Shown in pieces: positions 49,913 to 59,147 of a DNA stretch of 64,000 nt. Numbering within the stretch: the stretch's first letter is position 1; each line of letters begins with the position of its first letter. The translations under genes and the position numbers were made by a program. The DNA comes from a virus (Duplodnaviria; Heunggongvirae; Uroviricota; Caudoviricetes): the IMG/VR virus record IMGVR_UViG_647533160_000003; one strand, written 5' to 3'. Under the pieces are notes generated by a model, which was given only the letters and a program-made list of their open reading frames with translations, was not told where the DNA came from and made no database searches.

Positions 49913-50857
49913 GTGAATTATCTCTTCGTAGATGGCAATAGCCTAGGTTATTACCACCAACAATCTGACAAATTGCACAACGGCGAAATGGAAGTTCAGG
50001 CTGCTTTCGGCTTTGTTAAGAACGTCCGTCGTTATGCCTCCATCCTCCATGCCCGACCTATGATTCTTTGGGATGGATTTAGTGACAAGCGTCGCGACTT
50101 TTACCCGGACTACAAAGCAAATCGCGACGACGATCCTGATATGAAAAAGATGAAGGAAGGCTTTGCTGTCCAGAAGCCATACATCCTCAAAATGATGACC
50201 GCGCTTGGTGTTAACCAAATCATTGCAAAAGATGCAGAAGCGGATGATCTGGCCGGGCTGCTGGTATCCCGCATGGCACCGCAGCCAACCGTTGAACACA
50301 TCTATCTGTTAACAGGCGATAGCGACTGGCTTCAGTTAGTTCGTGAAAACGTAAGCTGGGTAAGCCTGCGTGAAGACGCCAAAAACAAGCAGGTTAATTT
50401 TGAGCAATTTGCGGAGCTGACAGGATTCGCCACGCCTCGCGCATTTTTGGAAGCAAAAGCATTACAAGGCGATAACTCGGACAACATTAGCGGTGTTGGT
50501 GGCATTGGCGCTGGCGGTGCGAAAGAGCTGCTGCATGAATGGGGAAGCGTCGCAACGATGGTGCGCGGCATTAACGACGGCTCAATAGTGGTTGACAAAG
50601 GACGCCATAAAACCGCCTTCAACAAACTAGCGAAGAATGCCTTCAACGAGAAAACAGGCTGTCGAATGCTCGAAGCGTTCAAGAGAAACATCACGCTAAT
50701 GAACCTGATTGAGACGAAGTTTCCGCCTACCGAAATCGAAACAATCAAAGGCAATCGTGACGTGAAAGCATTCGAGCAACTGTGCTACGAGCTGAATTTC
50801 CGTTCGTTCCTTGAAGACCTTGAAGTGTTTGTTCTTCCATTCGAAAGGTATTGCTAA
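49913..50857 (+). CDS. 5'-3' exonuclease / flap endonuclease (FEN family)
   Basis: Acidic catalytic clusters (DAEADDLAG, LLTGDSDWLQL) and H3TH motif LQGDNSDNISGVGGIGAGGAKELL; GTG start with GGAAGGA upstream. Confidence 0.75.
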   Translation: MNYLFVDGNSLGYYHQQSDKLHNGEMEVQAAFGFVKNVRRYASILHARPMILWDGFSDKRRDFYPDYKANRDDDPDMKKMKEGFAVQKPYILKMMTALGVNQIIAKDAEADDLAGLLVSRMAPQPTVEHIYLLTGDSDWLQLVRENVSWVSLREDAKNKQVNFEQFAELTGFATPRAFLEAKALQGDNSDNISGVGGIGAGGAKELLHEWGSVATMVRGINDGSIVVDKGRHKTAFNKLAKNAFNEKTGCRMLEAFKRNITLMNLIETKFPPTEIETIKGNRDVKAFEQLCYELNFRSFLEDLEVFVLPFERYC

Positions 50858-51123
50858 TGCTTAAATCAATTATTAATGGCGCTACAACCACCCCTGCCCA
50901 ACTGGCAAAGGAGATTGTCTTTTATCACGGTGAGTACGCTGTCATCGCGCTGCCGTCAATTCTAGGCGCTGCCGGAATGAAAGCGACAGATCGCGAGTTT
51001 GGATTAGTCAGCGAGCAGGTCGTAAAAATCCTCGCTCGTGTATCCAGACTCCTTAACCACGATGCGATTGTATTCGACGAATCCGCCGCTTTAAAACGAA
51101 TCAACGAAACAAAAGGAGCCTGA
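50851..51123 (+). CDS. hypothetical protein (90 aa)
   Basis: Short ORF between exonuclease and recombinase genes. Confidence 0.35.
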   Translation: MLMLKSIINGATTTPAQLAKEIVFYHGEYAVIALPSILGAAGMKATDREFGLVSEQVVKILARVSRLLNHDAIVFDESAALKRINETKGA

Positions 51124-51125
51124 TC

Positions 51126-52199
51126 ATGGCAAAAGGAAAATCCGCACTGGCACTTGCTCTGAAAAAGAAAATCGGTAGCAACGACGAAATACAGAAAGTA
51201 ACTCATTGGATTGACACAGGCTTTCCTCCGTTAAACAAAGCGATTTCCGGTCGTTACGATGGCGGTTTCCCATGTGGTCGTATCGTAGAAGTATTCGGGC
51301 CGCCAAGCGCGGGGAAAACCTTTTTGGCAACGGCAGCAATGATCTCCGCTCAGAAACAAGATGGTCTGGCGGTATTCCTCGATCATGAGAACAGTTTTGA
51401 CGTTGGCCTGGCTGTCGCCAATGGTCTGAACGCAGATGAAGATGACGGCCAGTGGGTATACAAGCAGCCAGATACCTTCGAAGACTCTGTGGAGTTGATC
51501 GGCACAATACTTAAATTGGTACGTGATGAAGAGCTTATCCCTGAATCAGCACCTATCTGTATCGTGGCGGACTCACTTGCGTCTATGGTTCCGAACTCCA
51601 AAGCCGAGAAGTTCGAAAAGATGGCTGAAGGCACTGCCAAAGACAAAGATCAGCTAAACATGAATGACAATACGGCGCTGGCTCGTGCGACGAGTGCGAA
51701 CTTCCCCACTCTGGCTTTGTGGGCACGCAAATACAACGCCTGCATCATCTTCTTGAATCAGGTTCGCACAAAAATCGGTGTAATGTTTGGCGACCCTACG
51801 ACGTCACCAGGTGGCGATTCGCCGAAGTTTTACGCTTCTGTGCGCATCCGTCTCGGTGCATCGGTGATGAAGGATGGTAAAGAGAAGATCGGTCAGGACG
51901 TAGGCGCAGAGTGCATCAAAAACAAAGTTGCACCACCTTATGGCAAGTGCACCTGGAAATTCTACTTCGATCCTACTCGTGGCCTCGACGTTATCGAATC
52001 GCTCGTCGAGTACATGCTGGATGAAGGATACCTGCCAAAGAACGCAAGCGGTCGAGTAGAAATTGGCGACAAGAAATACACCAAATCACAGATCGTCGAG
52101 ATGTATCGGGAGAAGCCACTAGCTGAAATAATTGCGGCTTTGCAGGCAATCGACGACCGGAGAGCAAAAGACACCCCCACCGAGTCAGTAGAAGAGTAA
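51126..52199 (+). CDS. recA: RecA-like recombinase
   Basis: GRIVEVFGPPSAGKTFLA closely parallels the RecA Walker A region (GRIVEIYGPESSGKTTL); overall RecA-core length. Confidence 0.7.
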   Translation: MAKGKSALALALKKKIGSNDEIQKVTHWIDTGFPPLNKAISGRYDGGFPCGRIVEVFGPPSAGKTFLATAAMISAQKQDGLAVFLDHENSFDVGLAVANGLNADEDDGQWVYKQPDTFEDSVELIGTILKLVRDEELIPESAPICIVADSLASMVPNSKAEKFEKMAEGTAKDKDQLNMNDNTALARATSANFPTLALWARKYNACIIFLNQVRTKIGVMFGDPTTSPGGDSPKFYASVRIRLGASVMKDGKEKIGQDVGAECIKNKVAPPYGKCTWKFYFDPTRGLDVIESLVEYMLDEGYLPKNASGRVEIGDKKYTKSQIVEMYREKPLAEIIAALQAIDDRRAKDTPTESVEE

Positions 52200-52203
52200 A
52201 CAC

Positions 52204-52228
52204 AAGGCGTCCACAGGACGCCTTTTTT
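52204..52228 (+). terminator. rho-independent terminator
   Basis: AAGGCGTCCACAGGACGCCTTTTTT. Confidence 0.75.
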
Positions 52229-52291
52229 ATCTCTTGAAAATATATAAGTACTTACTTATTATTTTCGCATAACAACCACATAGGAAAACAC

Positions 52292-52492
52292 ATGATCAAA
52301 ATCTATCTATTGGCAGTAACCACAGGCCTTTCAGTGGCTCTCATCTACGGTTTACTGGTTCCGTCGCTGATTTCTACCAAGAGTGATTTAGCCGTCATGT
52401 TTGGAATTATCGTTGGTTTTGGTGCTCCTGTAATCGGTCTTATTGCTGGTCGTAAATTTATTAACTCATTAATCAAAGCAAAGGGGAAATAA
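52292..52492 (+). CDS. small two-helix membrane protein (66 aa)
   Basis: Two hydrophobic helices; immediately upstream of SPFH lipoprotein gene. Confidence 0.45.
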   Translation: MIKIYLLAVTTGLSVALIYGLLVPSLISTKSDLAVMFGIIVGFGAPVIGLIAGRKFINSLIKAKGK

Positions 52493-52495
52493 GTA

Positions 52496-53326
52496 ATGAA
52501 GAAAGGTTTACTTGCAGTTGCTCTGGCGGCTATTTGCACAATGGGTCTTACTGGCTGTGATCGCGTGGAGCCTGGATACGTTGGCATCAAAGTAAACAAA
52601 TTAGGTGAAGACAAAGGGATTGGTGAAGTAGTTGGCGTTGGTCGCCAATGGACAGGTCTTAACACCGAACTTTACGTATTTCCGACCTTCAAACAAATGA
52701 AGACCTACGACGAGCCGTTCACATTCCAGATGAGTGACGGTACTGCTATTGGTCACAAAATTGGCGTTGCGTATCTGGTTAATCGTGACAAGGTAACGAC
52801 GGTGTTCCAGACCTATCGCAAAGGCGTAGACGATATCACCGAATCAGATCTGCGTCAGAAAATTGCCGACTCTCTAAACCGTTTGGCCAGCCGTATGACC
52901 ACTGACTCATTTATCGACGGTGGTAAGGCACAATTGCTGGACAACGCACTGAAAGATATTCAGAAAGAGATGTCTCCGGTTGGTATTGAGGTACTGAGCC
53001 TGTCATGGGTTGGAAAGCCTGATTACCCAAAAACCGTCATTGAATCGATCAACGCCAAAGTAACGGCTAACCAGCGTACTCTGCAACGTCAGCAGGAAGT
53101 TGAACAACGTAAAGCTGAGGCGAATATGCTACGTGAACAGGCTAATGGTGAAGCTGATGCTATCCGTGCTCGTGCGCAAGCAGAAGCAGACGCCATTCGT
53201 CTGCGCGGTGAAGCTCTGCGTCAAAACCCGAACGTTATGGAACTGGAAGCCATCAATAAATGGAATGGCCAGTTACCGCAGTACATGACTCAAGGGGCTA
53301 ACACTCCTTTCATTACAGTGAAATAA
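52496..53326 (+). CDS. SPFH/band-7 (prohibitin/HflC-like) lipoprotein
   Basis: Lipoprotein signal (LTGC) then SPFH-like core and Ala/Glu/Arg-rich coiled-coil tail. Confidence 0.65.
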   Translation: MKKGLLAVALAAICTMGLTGCDRVEPGYVGIKVNKLGEDKGIGEVVGVGRQWTGLNTELYVFPTFKQMKTYDEPFTFQMSDGTAIGHKIGVAYLVNRDKVTTVFQTYRKGVDDITESDLRQKIADSLNRLASRMTTDSFIDGGKAQLLDNALKDIQKEMSPVGIEVLSLSWVGKPDYPKTVIESINAKVTANQRTLQRQQEVEQRKAEANMLREQANGEADAIRARAQAEADAIRLRGEALRQNPNVMELEAINKWNGQLPQYMTQGANTPFITVK

Positions 53327-53342
53327 CTCCCCTAAAAAGTTC

Positions 53343-53368
53343 AGGCGTCCAGTTGGACGCCTTTTTTA
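53343..53368 (+). terminator. rho-independent terminator
   Basis: AGGCGTCCAGTTGGACGCCTTTTTTA. Confidence 0.75.
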
Positions 53369-53417
53369 TCGCAATTATCTTATTAAGAAAACAATTTGTT
53401 TGAAAGGATAAGAAAAC

Positions 53418-53843
53418 ATGACAGCTATTAAGAAACTCTACGATGCTGCAAACGTGGCTCTGGATGTTATTGATGATGAAGTAGCAAAAGGCTTTCCTGA
53501 ACCTGATTGGGCGCATCAGCTACGAAACGCTATCGCAGAAATGACCCCACCAGATCCAACCCCCGACGAGACAGACTGGCAGCGATTCATCCGTATGTAC
53601 GCTCAGGAAATAGGTCCAACGCCAACGGCAGAGCAGGCAATGCTGCTGAAATACTTCAAAGAGGCGGGAGAGGATTTACCAATTGATGACTCAGCATATT
53701 GGTTCCACTGCGCATGGCGTAAGTATGACGTGATATTCACACAAGGCATGGGAAGCAAAGATATGGTTGTGTGGCATCTACTCCATATAGACACAGCCGT
53801 TGACAGAGTTATTGAACAGTTTTTCCCTAAACAAGAAGATTGA
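53418..53843 (+). CDS. hypothetical protein (141 aa)
   Basis: Preceded by GAAAACAATTTGTTT element and conserved RBS context; no motif recognised. Confidence 0.45.
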   Translation: MTAIKKLYDAANVALDVIDDEVAKGFPEPDWAHQLRNAIAEMTPPDPTPDETDWQRFIRMYAQEIGPTPTAEQAMLLKYFKEAGEDLPIDDSAYWFHCAWRKYDVIFTQGMGSKDMVVWHLLHIDTAVDRVIEQFFPKQED

Positions 53844-53898
53844 TCGCCTATTCATAACTAACAAAATAAGTAAACACTAACCACAAAAGGAAAAACAC

Positions 53899-54174
53899 AT
53901 GAGAGTTTTAGTTCGAATCGTTACCAGCACTGTCTATGACGTGTTTCCGCTTTTTATGGTCAAAGCCGATGGCCTTAACGACGAAGAAACTGACGCGCTG
54001 ATCCAGCGTATTCTCGTTGAATATACAGGTCATGACGCTGATTCAGTGATGATTGATGATGATGGTGTTTGTTGGCATAACGGCAACTGTTGGTACGTAG
54101 AAGAGACTCAACAAATCAGTGATGAAGATGCCGCACATCTTGAGCGTATTTTAAGCATCAGCACTTTTGAGTGA
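53899..54174 (+). CDS. hypothetical acidic protein (91 aa)
   Basis: Preceded by conserved CACAAAAGGAAAAACACATG initiation context. Confidence 0.4.
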   Translation: MRVLVRIVTSTVYDVFPLFMVKADGLNDEETDALIQRILVEYTGHDADSVMIDDDGVCWHNGNCWYVEETQQISDEDAAHLERILSISTFE

Positions 54175-54389
54175 GTTTACAGTAAAATTTATATAAGTTA
54201 GTATCTACCTATCATGAAGATTTTTATTGAATACTTGTTACTCATCGTGTCAATAGCTTTTGTCATCGACTGCATTTTCACTGGTGTCATTCGTAAAGTC
54301 TTTTCCCCGGTGAACGACGTAGTCATAAACGCTTTGGCTATCGTGCTCGTATTTAATTCAGCATTTGATGTAATCAAAGAGGTGGCAGC

Positions 54390-54725
54390 ATGAAGGCCAT
54401 CCCATTCGCGCTGTTGTTCCTTTCTTCGATCGTTGTGGCCGACACCACTGTTTATCAGTGTGAAATGTCTGTAGCCGACGTTAAGAATGGCGCTCTTACC
54501 GACGTCATAAAAGCACCATATGGCGCGATGGTCGTAGACAGCGGCGACCAGTTCTATGTTGTGCGAGACGATCGAGTATTGTCATCCCCATATCTCACAA
54601 ACCGTAATGGCAAATTAACCGGCGTCGGAGAAGACCACTTCGTATACAACAAATACAAGGGCTTCTATGGCGTTCACGCTTCTCAGCAAAGCTACCTTTT
54701 CGATGACTGCAAGGAGGTTGGATAA
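54390..54725 (+). CDS. secreted hypothetical protein (111 aa)
   Basis: N-terminal signal peptide MKAIPFALLFLSSIVVA. Confidence 0.45.
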   Translation: MKAIPFALLFLSSIVVADTTVYQCEMSVADVKNGALTDVIKAPYGAMVVDSGDQFYVVRDDRVLSSPYLTNRNGKLTGVGEDHFVYNKYKGFYGVHASQQSYLFDDCKEVG

Positions 54726-54937
54726 TGGCATTAACACTGGCAGGTCTGGAAATCGAGAAAACAAGCGGATACTGGCGTGCTAAGGGTTTCAAGCAGCCTG
54801 GCATTCTTGAGCGTCTGGAACGTGAAGATGGGTATATCGTCCACCAGCGGCGTGAATGGCGTATGTACGATCCAGAAACAGGAAAACTGACTACAAAAGC
54901 CGGAACACTTTGGGGTCTGTTGAAGAAAATACACTAA
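54725..54937 (+). CDS. hypothetical small protein (70 aa)
   Basis: Start overlaps preceding stop; followed by 22-bp perfect palindrome at 54946-54967. Confidence 0.35.
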   Translation: MALTLAGLEIEKTSGYWRAKGFKQPGILERLEREDGYIVHQRREWRMYDPETGKLTTKAGTLWGLLKKIH

Positions 54938-54983
54938 ATGCAAACTGACTGCGGCACGTGCCGCAGTCATATTTCATAGTCGT

Positions 54984-55518
54984 CACCGCTGACAGCATAC
55001 ACAATCAACTGCCGCTGATAGCATATCGAGAGTCTATCTCACCGCTCACAGCATACTTTACTCGATTTTTTACCGCTGACAGCATACTTAAGACATTGCA
55101 TGAATAATATGTCCCGGTATGGGTATAACCAGAACAAAATTACCGCTGGCAGCATACGAAGGTCTGACATATACCATTAATTACCGCTGATAGCATATCC
55201 AAACAAAAATTCCTCAATAAAACACCGCTGACAGCATACGTTCTATCAGAGAGCAGCAGGCAATAAATGCCTTTCACTACAAGCAATCAGCGCAATGGCA
55301 ATAGAATGTTAGTGAGCGCAAACCTTTATGGAATGCACTCTTCGAGGTTAGTAACCACTGGGGAGGTATGACAGAGCATTGAGTGGTGATAGATGATTAA
55401 CCGCTCACAGCATACGTTTATCTCACTATACCGCTGGTAGCATATCTTTTAACCGTTCACAGCATACTTTTCAGGAAAATAGCCGCTGATAGCATACATT
55501 TCACCGCTGACAGCATAT
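54984..55518. repeat. iteron array downstream of repA (12 direct repeats, core ACCGCTGACAGCATAC)
   Basis: Copies start at 54985, 55012, 55041, 55072, 55142, 55183, 55224, 55400, 55430, 55452, 55482 and 55503 with irregular spacing and single-base variants (GAC/GAT/CAC/GGC/GGT); last copy abuts the repA stop. Confidence 0.8.
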
Positions 55519-56612
55519 CAAAGCAGTTTGAGACTATTGGAAAGGATCTCAATCATCTTGATATTTTCAGGCGTCAAATTCTGCGAAAGTTCAGTTATCT
55601 TGTTGATAATGTTCTGTTTAGCATCAATTTCCCCGGCTTTCTCATCTGGTTTTTTGGGTTCGATGTCTTCAGGTTTTGGCGGTGCGACTTTGAGTTTTGG
55701 ATTGCGGCTGTGAATCTGGATATAGATCGACCGCCCCCGCTTAATCTCGCTATATTCGAGATAGCCCAAATCTTGGAGAGCTTTTAAGCCGTTACGTATA
55801 GTCTGATTCTGCGAGCTGACATTCCTGCTACTCAAATTGAGTCGCGCACGCAATCGAGCAAGCGATACCGGCGCAGGCTTGGTTGGAAGACTTTCGATGA
55901 AGGTGTACAGAGCCTGTGCTGTTTCTTTGCGTGGTAGCTTATTGATAACCTTTAACTGCAAAAGAACCTTATGGTCAAAGCGATATAGTTCGGCCAGCTT
56001 CGGTTCTGCATAGAACACCACCGTATCTTTCTGCTCGTTGTAGTCCACGCTATTGATGAGGTGCACCATCAGAAGCGAGATCTTGTTAGAGCCGTCGACG
56101 TTCTTTTCTTCATACGTTCTCTGGAAAGACAGAGTTGTACGCATGATCTTCAAAAGACTGTTTGTAAGCCGGTCGCGGAGTGTTTTGCGGATCTGTGACG
56201 ATGGATAGCCACAAAACTTCGCAAATTTCGTGATGCTTAACTCGACACGACCGTTAGGTTCGCCGTATTCTGCCAGCGAACGCACAACGCCCACCCACGT
56301 TTTGAAATCATGATCCATGTCGAGACGAGGACCGGTTATCTTGATATCGGAATAGCCTTCAGAACGGGCTACTTCGAGCTGAACAAGCTCCTTTGAAGCA
56401 TCGATCTCATTTGGCTTGTTACGCTTGCTGTATTTTGTCCCCTTGAGCGTGGGCACGAACAACCCCAGCCGCATCAACGCAATTGGTTGGACTGTATTGT
56501 TGCTATTAGGGACAAGTTCCCCTGTGTACAATTCAAGGGAACCTTCTTCAAAGTTGTCGAGATTATCTTCTACTTCTTTGTTATTTTTACCTTTTTTATT
56601 TTTTGTGGACAT
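55518..56612 (-). CDS. repA: iteron-type plasmid replication initiator (RepA-like)
   Basis: Minus-strand gene flanked on both sides by the same direct repeats and by a GATC/DnaA-box region; start set at Met41 of the track ORF (MSTKNKKGK) because the upstream 40 codons read through the iterons. Confidence 0.6.
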   Translation of the reverse strand: MSTKNKKGKNNKEVEDNLDNFEEGSLELYTGELVPNSNNTVQPIALMRLGLFVPTLKGTKYSKRNKPNEIDASKELVQLEVARSEGYSDIKITGPRLDMDHDFKTWVGVVRSLAEYGEPNGRVELSITKFAKFCGYPSSQIRKTLRDRLTNSLLKIMRTTLSFQRTYEEKNVDGSNKISLLMVHLINSVDYNEQKDTVVFYAEPKLAELYRFDHKVLLQLKVINKLPRKETAQALYTFIESLPTKPAPVSLARLRARLNLSSRNVSSQNQTIRNGLKALQDLGYLEYSEIKRGRSIYIQIHSRNPKLKVAPPKPEDIEPKKPDEKAGEIDAKQNIINKITELSQNLTPENIKMIEILSNSLKLL

Positions 56613-56632
56613 GTGGACACCTTTGTCATTCA

Positions 56633-56734
56633 ACCGCTGACAGCATACTTGATTTGCCGCTGGCAGCATACCAAAAACAGTTGGCAGCATACGGCGAACC
56701 GTTGACAGACTATCAATTACCGCTGGCAGCATAC
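56633..56734. repeat. iterons upstream of repA (3 good plus 2 degenerate copies)
   Basis: ACCGCTGACAGCATAC 56633-56648, GCCGCTGGCAGCATAC 56655-56670, ACCGCTGGCAGCATAC 56719-56734, plus degenerate copies near 56681 and 56698. Confidence 0.75.
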
Positions 56735-56774
56735 ATGAACATGGCTTCAGACCAGTCGTGGCGCGGCTTACAGC

Positions 56775-56847
56775 GATCGGGGATCTTATTTGATCTATAC
56801 AAGGATCTATCTATGGATCTCTTTATTAGGATCTATCCTGTGGATAT
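56775..56847. promoter_or_regulatory. origin-like region: six GATC sites in GGATCT-type short repeats plus DnaA-box-like sequence
   Basis: GATC at 56775, 56782, 56792, 56804, 56816 and 56830; complement of 56838-56846 is ATATCCACA (8/9 to TTATCCACA); adjacent to upstream iterons. Confidence 0.55.
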
Positions 56848-56933
56848 GTGAATAATTAAAACAGGCATTTACTACCTTCGGCGCACCTGGTGAGTTATCG
56901 TTGCCTCGGCTAACAATCACAGAAAAATGACAT

Positions 56934-57578
56934 ATGGATCTAAAACGCACGCGCTGGGTTCGTCGTCTTGAAAACGGCTCCTACACTATCGAATCAAATT
57001 CCAACCTGAATAAGCAGAAGTTGCTTTGTGACATCTGCGGTATAGCGGCGAAGTGCCCGATCTACGAAACCAGAATTAAACTTGATAAGGCTGGTGTGAA
57101 CTTTCATTTAAACAGTTGCATCAGGTACGTTCCATTGCTCGCATTTCGTAAACCGATCATCGGATTGGATGCACCCTACTTCAACACACTCCGTTCAGGT
57201 GTGACGTGGCGAGATCGTTTATCACCAGACAAGCTGATTTGCCTTGTATCCGCAGACACAGGGAAAATCATCCGTTTTGGGAAAGTAGACAAGATTTACT
57301 CAGGCCCAGTAGACGAAATGTTGCGGAAACACAGCCGGTTTAATCATCTCTGTATGGGGGGTGAGAAAATCGAGAAGGTAGAAGAAGTGATCCGCAAATC
57401 CTACGGACACTTCCTGACCAAAGATAGCCTGCTCACCGCAATCTACATCAGACATGTAAAACGTGAGTTCGACCTCGAATACCACAGTGAAGAAGAGCTT
57501 AACCTTGTTGATCCACGTCCAAAAGCTGGCGTCATAAGCATAAACGCAGCGCGTAAAAAGCCCACTGACGCGCTGTAA
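56934..57578 (+). CDS. hypothetical protein (214 aa)
   Basis: ORF next to the origin; several Cys residues (CDICGIAAKC); no motif recognised. Confidence 0.4.
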   Translation: MDLKRTRWVRRLENGSYTIESNSNLNKQKLLCDICGIAAKCPIYETRIKLDKAGVNFHLNSCIRYVPLLAFRKPIIGLDAPYFNTLRSGVTWRDRLSPDKLICLVSADTGKIIRFGKVDKIYSGPVDEMLRKHSRFNHLCMGGEKIEKVEEVIRKSYGHFLTKDSLLTAIYIRHVKREFDLEYHSEEELNLVDPRPKAGVISINAARKKPTDAL

Positions 57579-57832
57579 CCCTCCAGATCGTATATTGGCG
57601 TAGATAGAATCTACGCCTCCTCAAAATAGCTCTCATAGCGTTCTACAGTGATTCTGTCTTATTTTTAGTCATACAGACAAGCAAACTTGCGCCACAATAA
57701 ATAGGTATATACTTACTTATAAATTTTGTATATTAAGGTGCTAGTTTCATTCCTAACATACCGTTATGCATAGTTGTTTACCTTCTCATTGCTCTTAGAA
57801 TTTGTATCAAAATAACCACAAAGGAAAAACAC

Positions 57833-58918
57833 ATGACTTTGCCATACGGCGTCATTTCTGACTGCCACTACCACAAATGGGATGCGTTCTCCACGACGAA
57901 CGCTGAGGGGCTTAACTCCAGACTTGAAATACAGTTGGAGGCAACGAAAGAAGCAGCCATCGCCATGAAGAAGGCCGGTTGTAAGTACATGTTGGTTGCC
58001 GGTGATACATTTCACGTCCGAGGAACTGTGTCCCCTTCTGTTTTGCATTACGTAACTGAAACGTACAAGTGGATTATCAACGAGCTTGATCTGACAGTAG
58101 TAATGCTGGCCGGTAATCACGATCTTGAAACCAACGATTCAGTATATAGCGCCAACGCAGCAGCATCGCTGAGTTCTATCGGCGTGGTAATCGTATGTGG
58201 CAAACGCCCACACTCAATAAAAATTGGTGATGTGACTGTCCACCTGATTAGCTGGCGTAACAATCATGCGGAGCTTATCAGCGATCTGAAAGCATTACGT
58301 AAGAGCGTAGAAGGTGATAATCATGACGTTGTTATCCATACATCCATTAACAAAGCCATACCAACAATGCCTGACGTCGGTATCGATGCGCAGGAGTTAA
58401 AGGATATCGGCTTTCGTCTCGTGCTTAGTGGGCATTACCACAACCACAAAGAGGTCATTCCTGGAGTTATCAGTGTCGGTGCACTGACTCACCAAAATTG
58501 GGGAGATGTTGGATCTCTGGCTGGCTACATGATCGTAAACCCGGACGGCAGTTTCAGTCACTACGAAACCAGTGCGCCTAAATTCATTAACCTGGAAGAT
58601 GATGTTGCTGATGACCAAATTCGCGGCAACTACGTGCGTTTCCGCGCCGTAATTGAGAACGATGAAGAAGGCATTAAGTACCAGAACATCCTCAAAACAA
58701 TGGGTGCAAAAGGTGTCGTGTGCAACTTCATCCGTAAGTCATCAATGATGGAAGGGACAGCCAGCACAACTGAAACCAGCAAAATCGATAGCCTGGGAGA
58801 GTCGGTATCTGCTTATTGCAAGATTGTCCACGATACTGACGGCGGATTTGATTTGAGCAAGTTGGATATTTTGTGTCAGGAAATCCTCACCGAAGCGGAG
58901 AGTTCGGAGGCTGTGTGA
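57833..58918 (+). CDS. sbcD: SbcD/Mre11-like nuclease (calcineurin-like phosphoesterase)
   Basis: Motifs in order: DCHYH, VAGDTFH, LAGNHD, GHYHNH; conserved AAAGGAAAAACACATG initiation region; SbcC-like gene follows. Confidence 0.75.
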   Translation: MTLPYGVISDCHYHKWDAFSTTNAEGLNSRLEIQLEATKEAAIAMKKAGCKYMLVAGDTFHVRGTVSPSVLHYVTETYKWIINELDLTVVMLAGNHDLETNDSVYSANAAASLSSIGVVIVCGKRPHSIKIGDVTVHLISWRNNHAELISDLKALRKSVEGDNHDVVIHTSINKAIPTMPDVGIDAQELKDIGFRLVLSGHYHNHKEVIPGVISVGALTHQNWGDVGSLAGYMIVNPDGSFSHYETSAPKFINLEDDVADDQIRGNYVRFRAVIENDEEGIKYQNILKTMGAKGVVCNFIRKSSMMEGTASTTETSKIDSLGESVSAYCKIVHDTDGGFDLSKLDILCQEILTEAESSEAV

Positions 58919-59147
58919 AGCAAAGTCGTTATGGGAGCTTTCGAGACTTTGCCATCACGATGAAAAGACTTGAACGAGGCCAGACGGTGATGTTTCACAA
59001 GCCCTACCCGCCACAAGGAAATCCCGTAGCGTTTTATCTTGGAAGGTTAACAAGAAAAGGCGTATTGAGGCGCAGATCCTTCCCGGCGCATACGGAGTTC
59101 AGATTGAAAGAAGGCCAAAAGCTAACACACGGTATCAGAGGTGTTAT

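Noticed and set aside
54984-55518. Direct-repeat array considered as a possible CRISPR array
   Set aside because: Repeats are 16-19 bp with irregular, often near-zero spacing, single-base variants, no cas genes, and they flank a rep-like gene: iterons, not CRISPR.
56613-56732. N-terminal 40-codon extension of the repA ORF in the track
   Set aside because: The extension reads straight through the upstream iterons; the internal ATG at 56612 with an upstream purine-rich stretch is the more plausible start.
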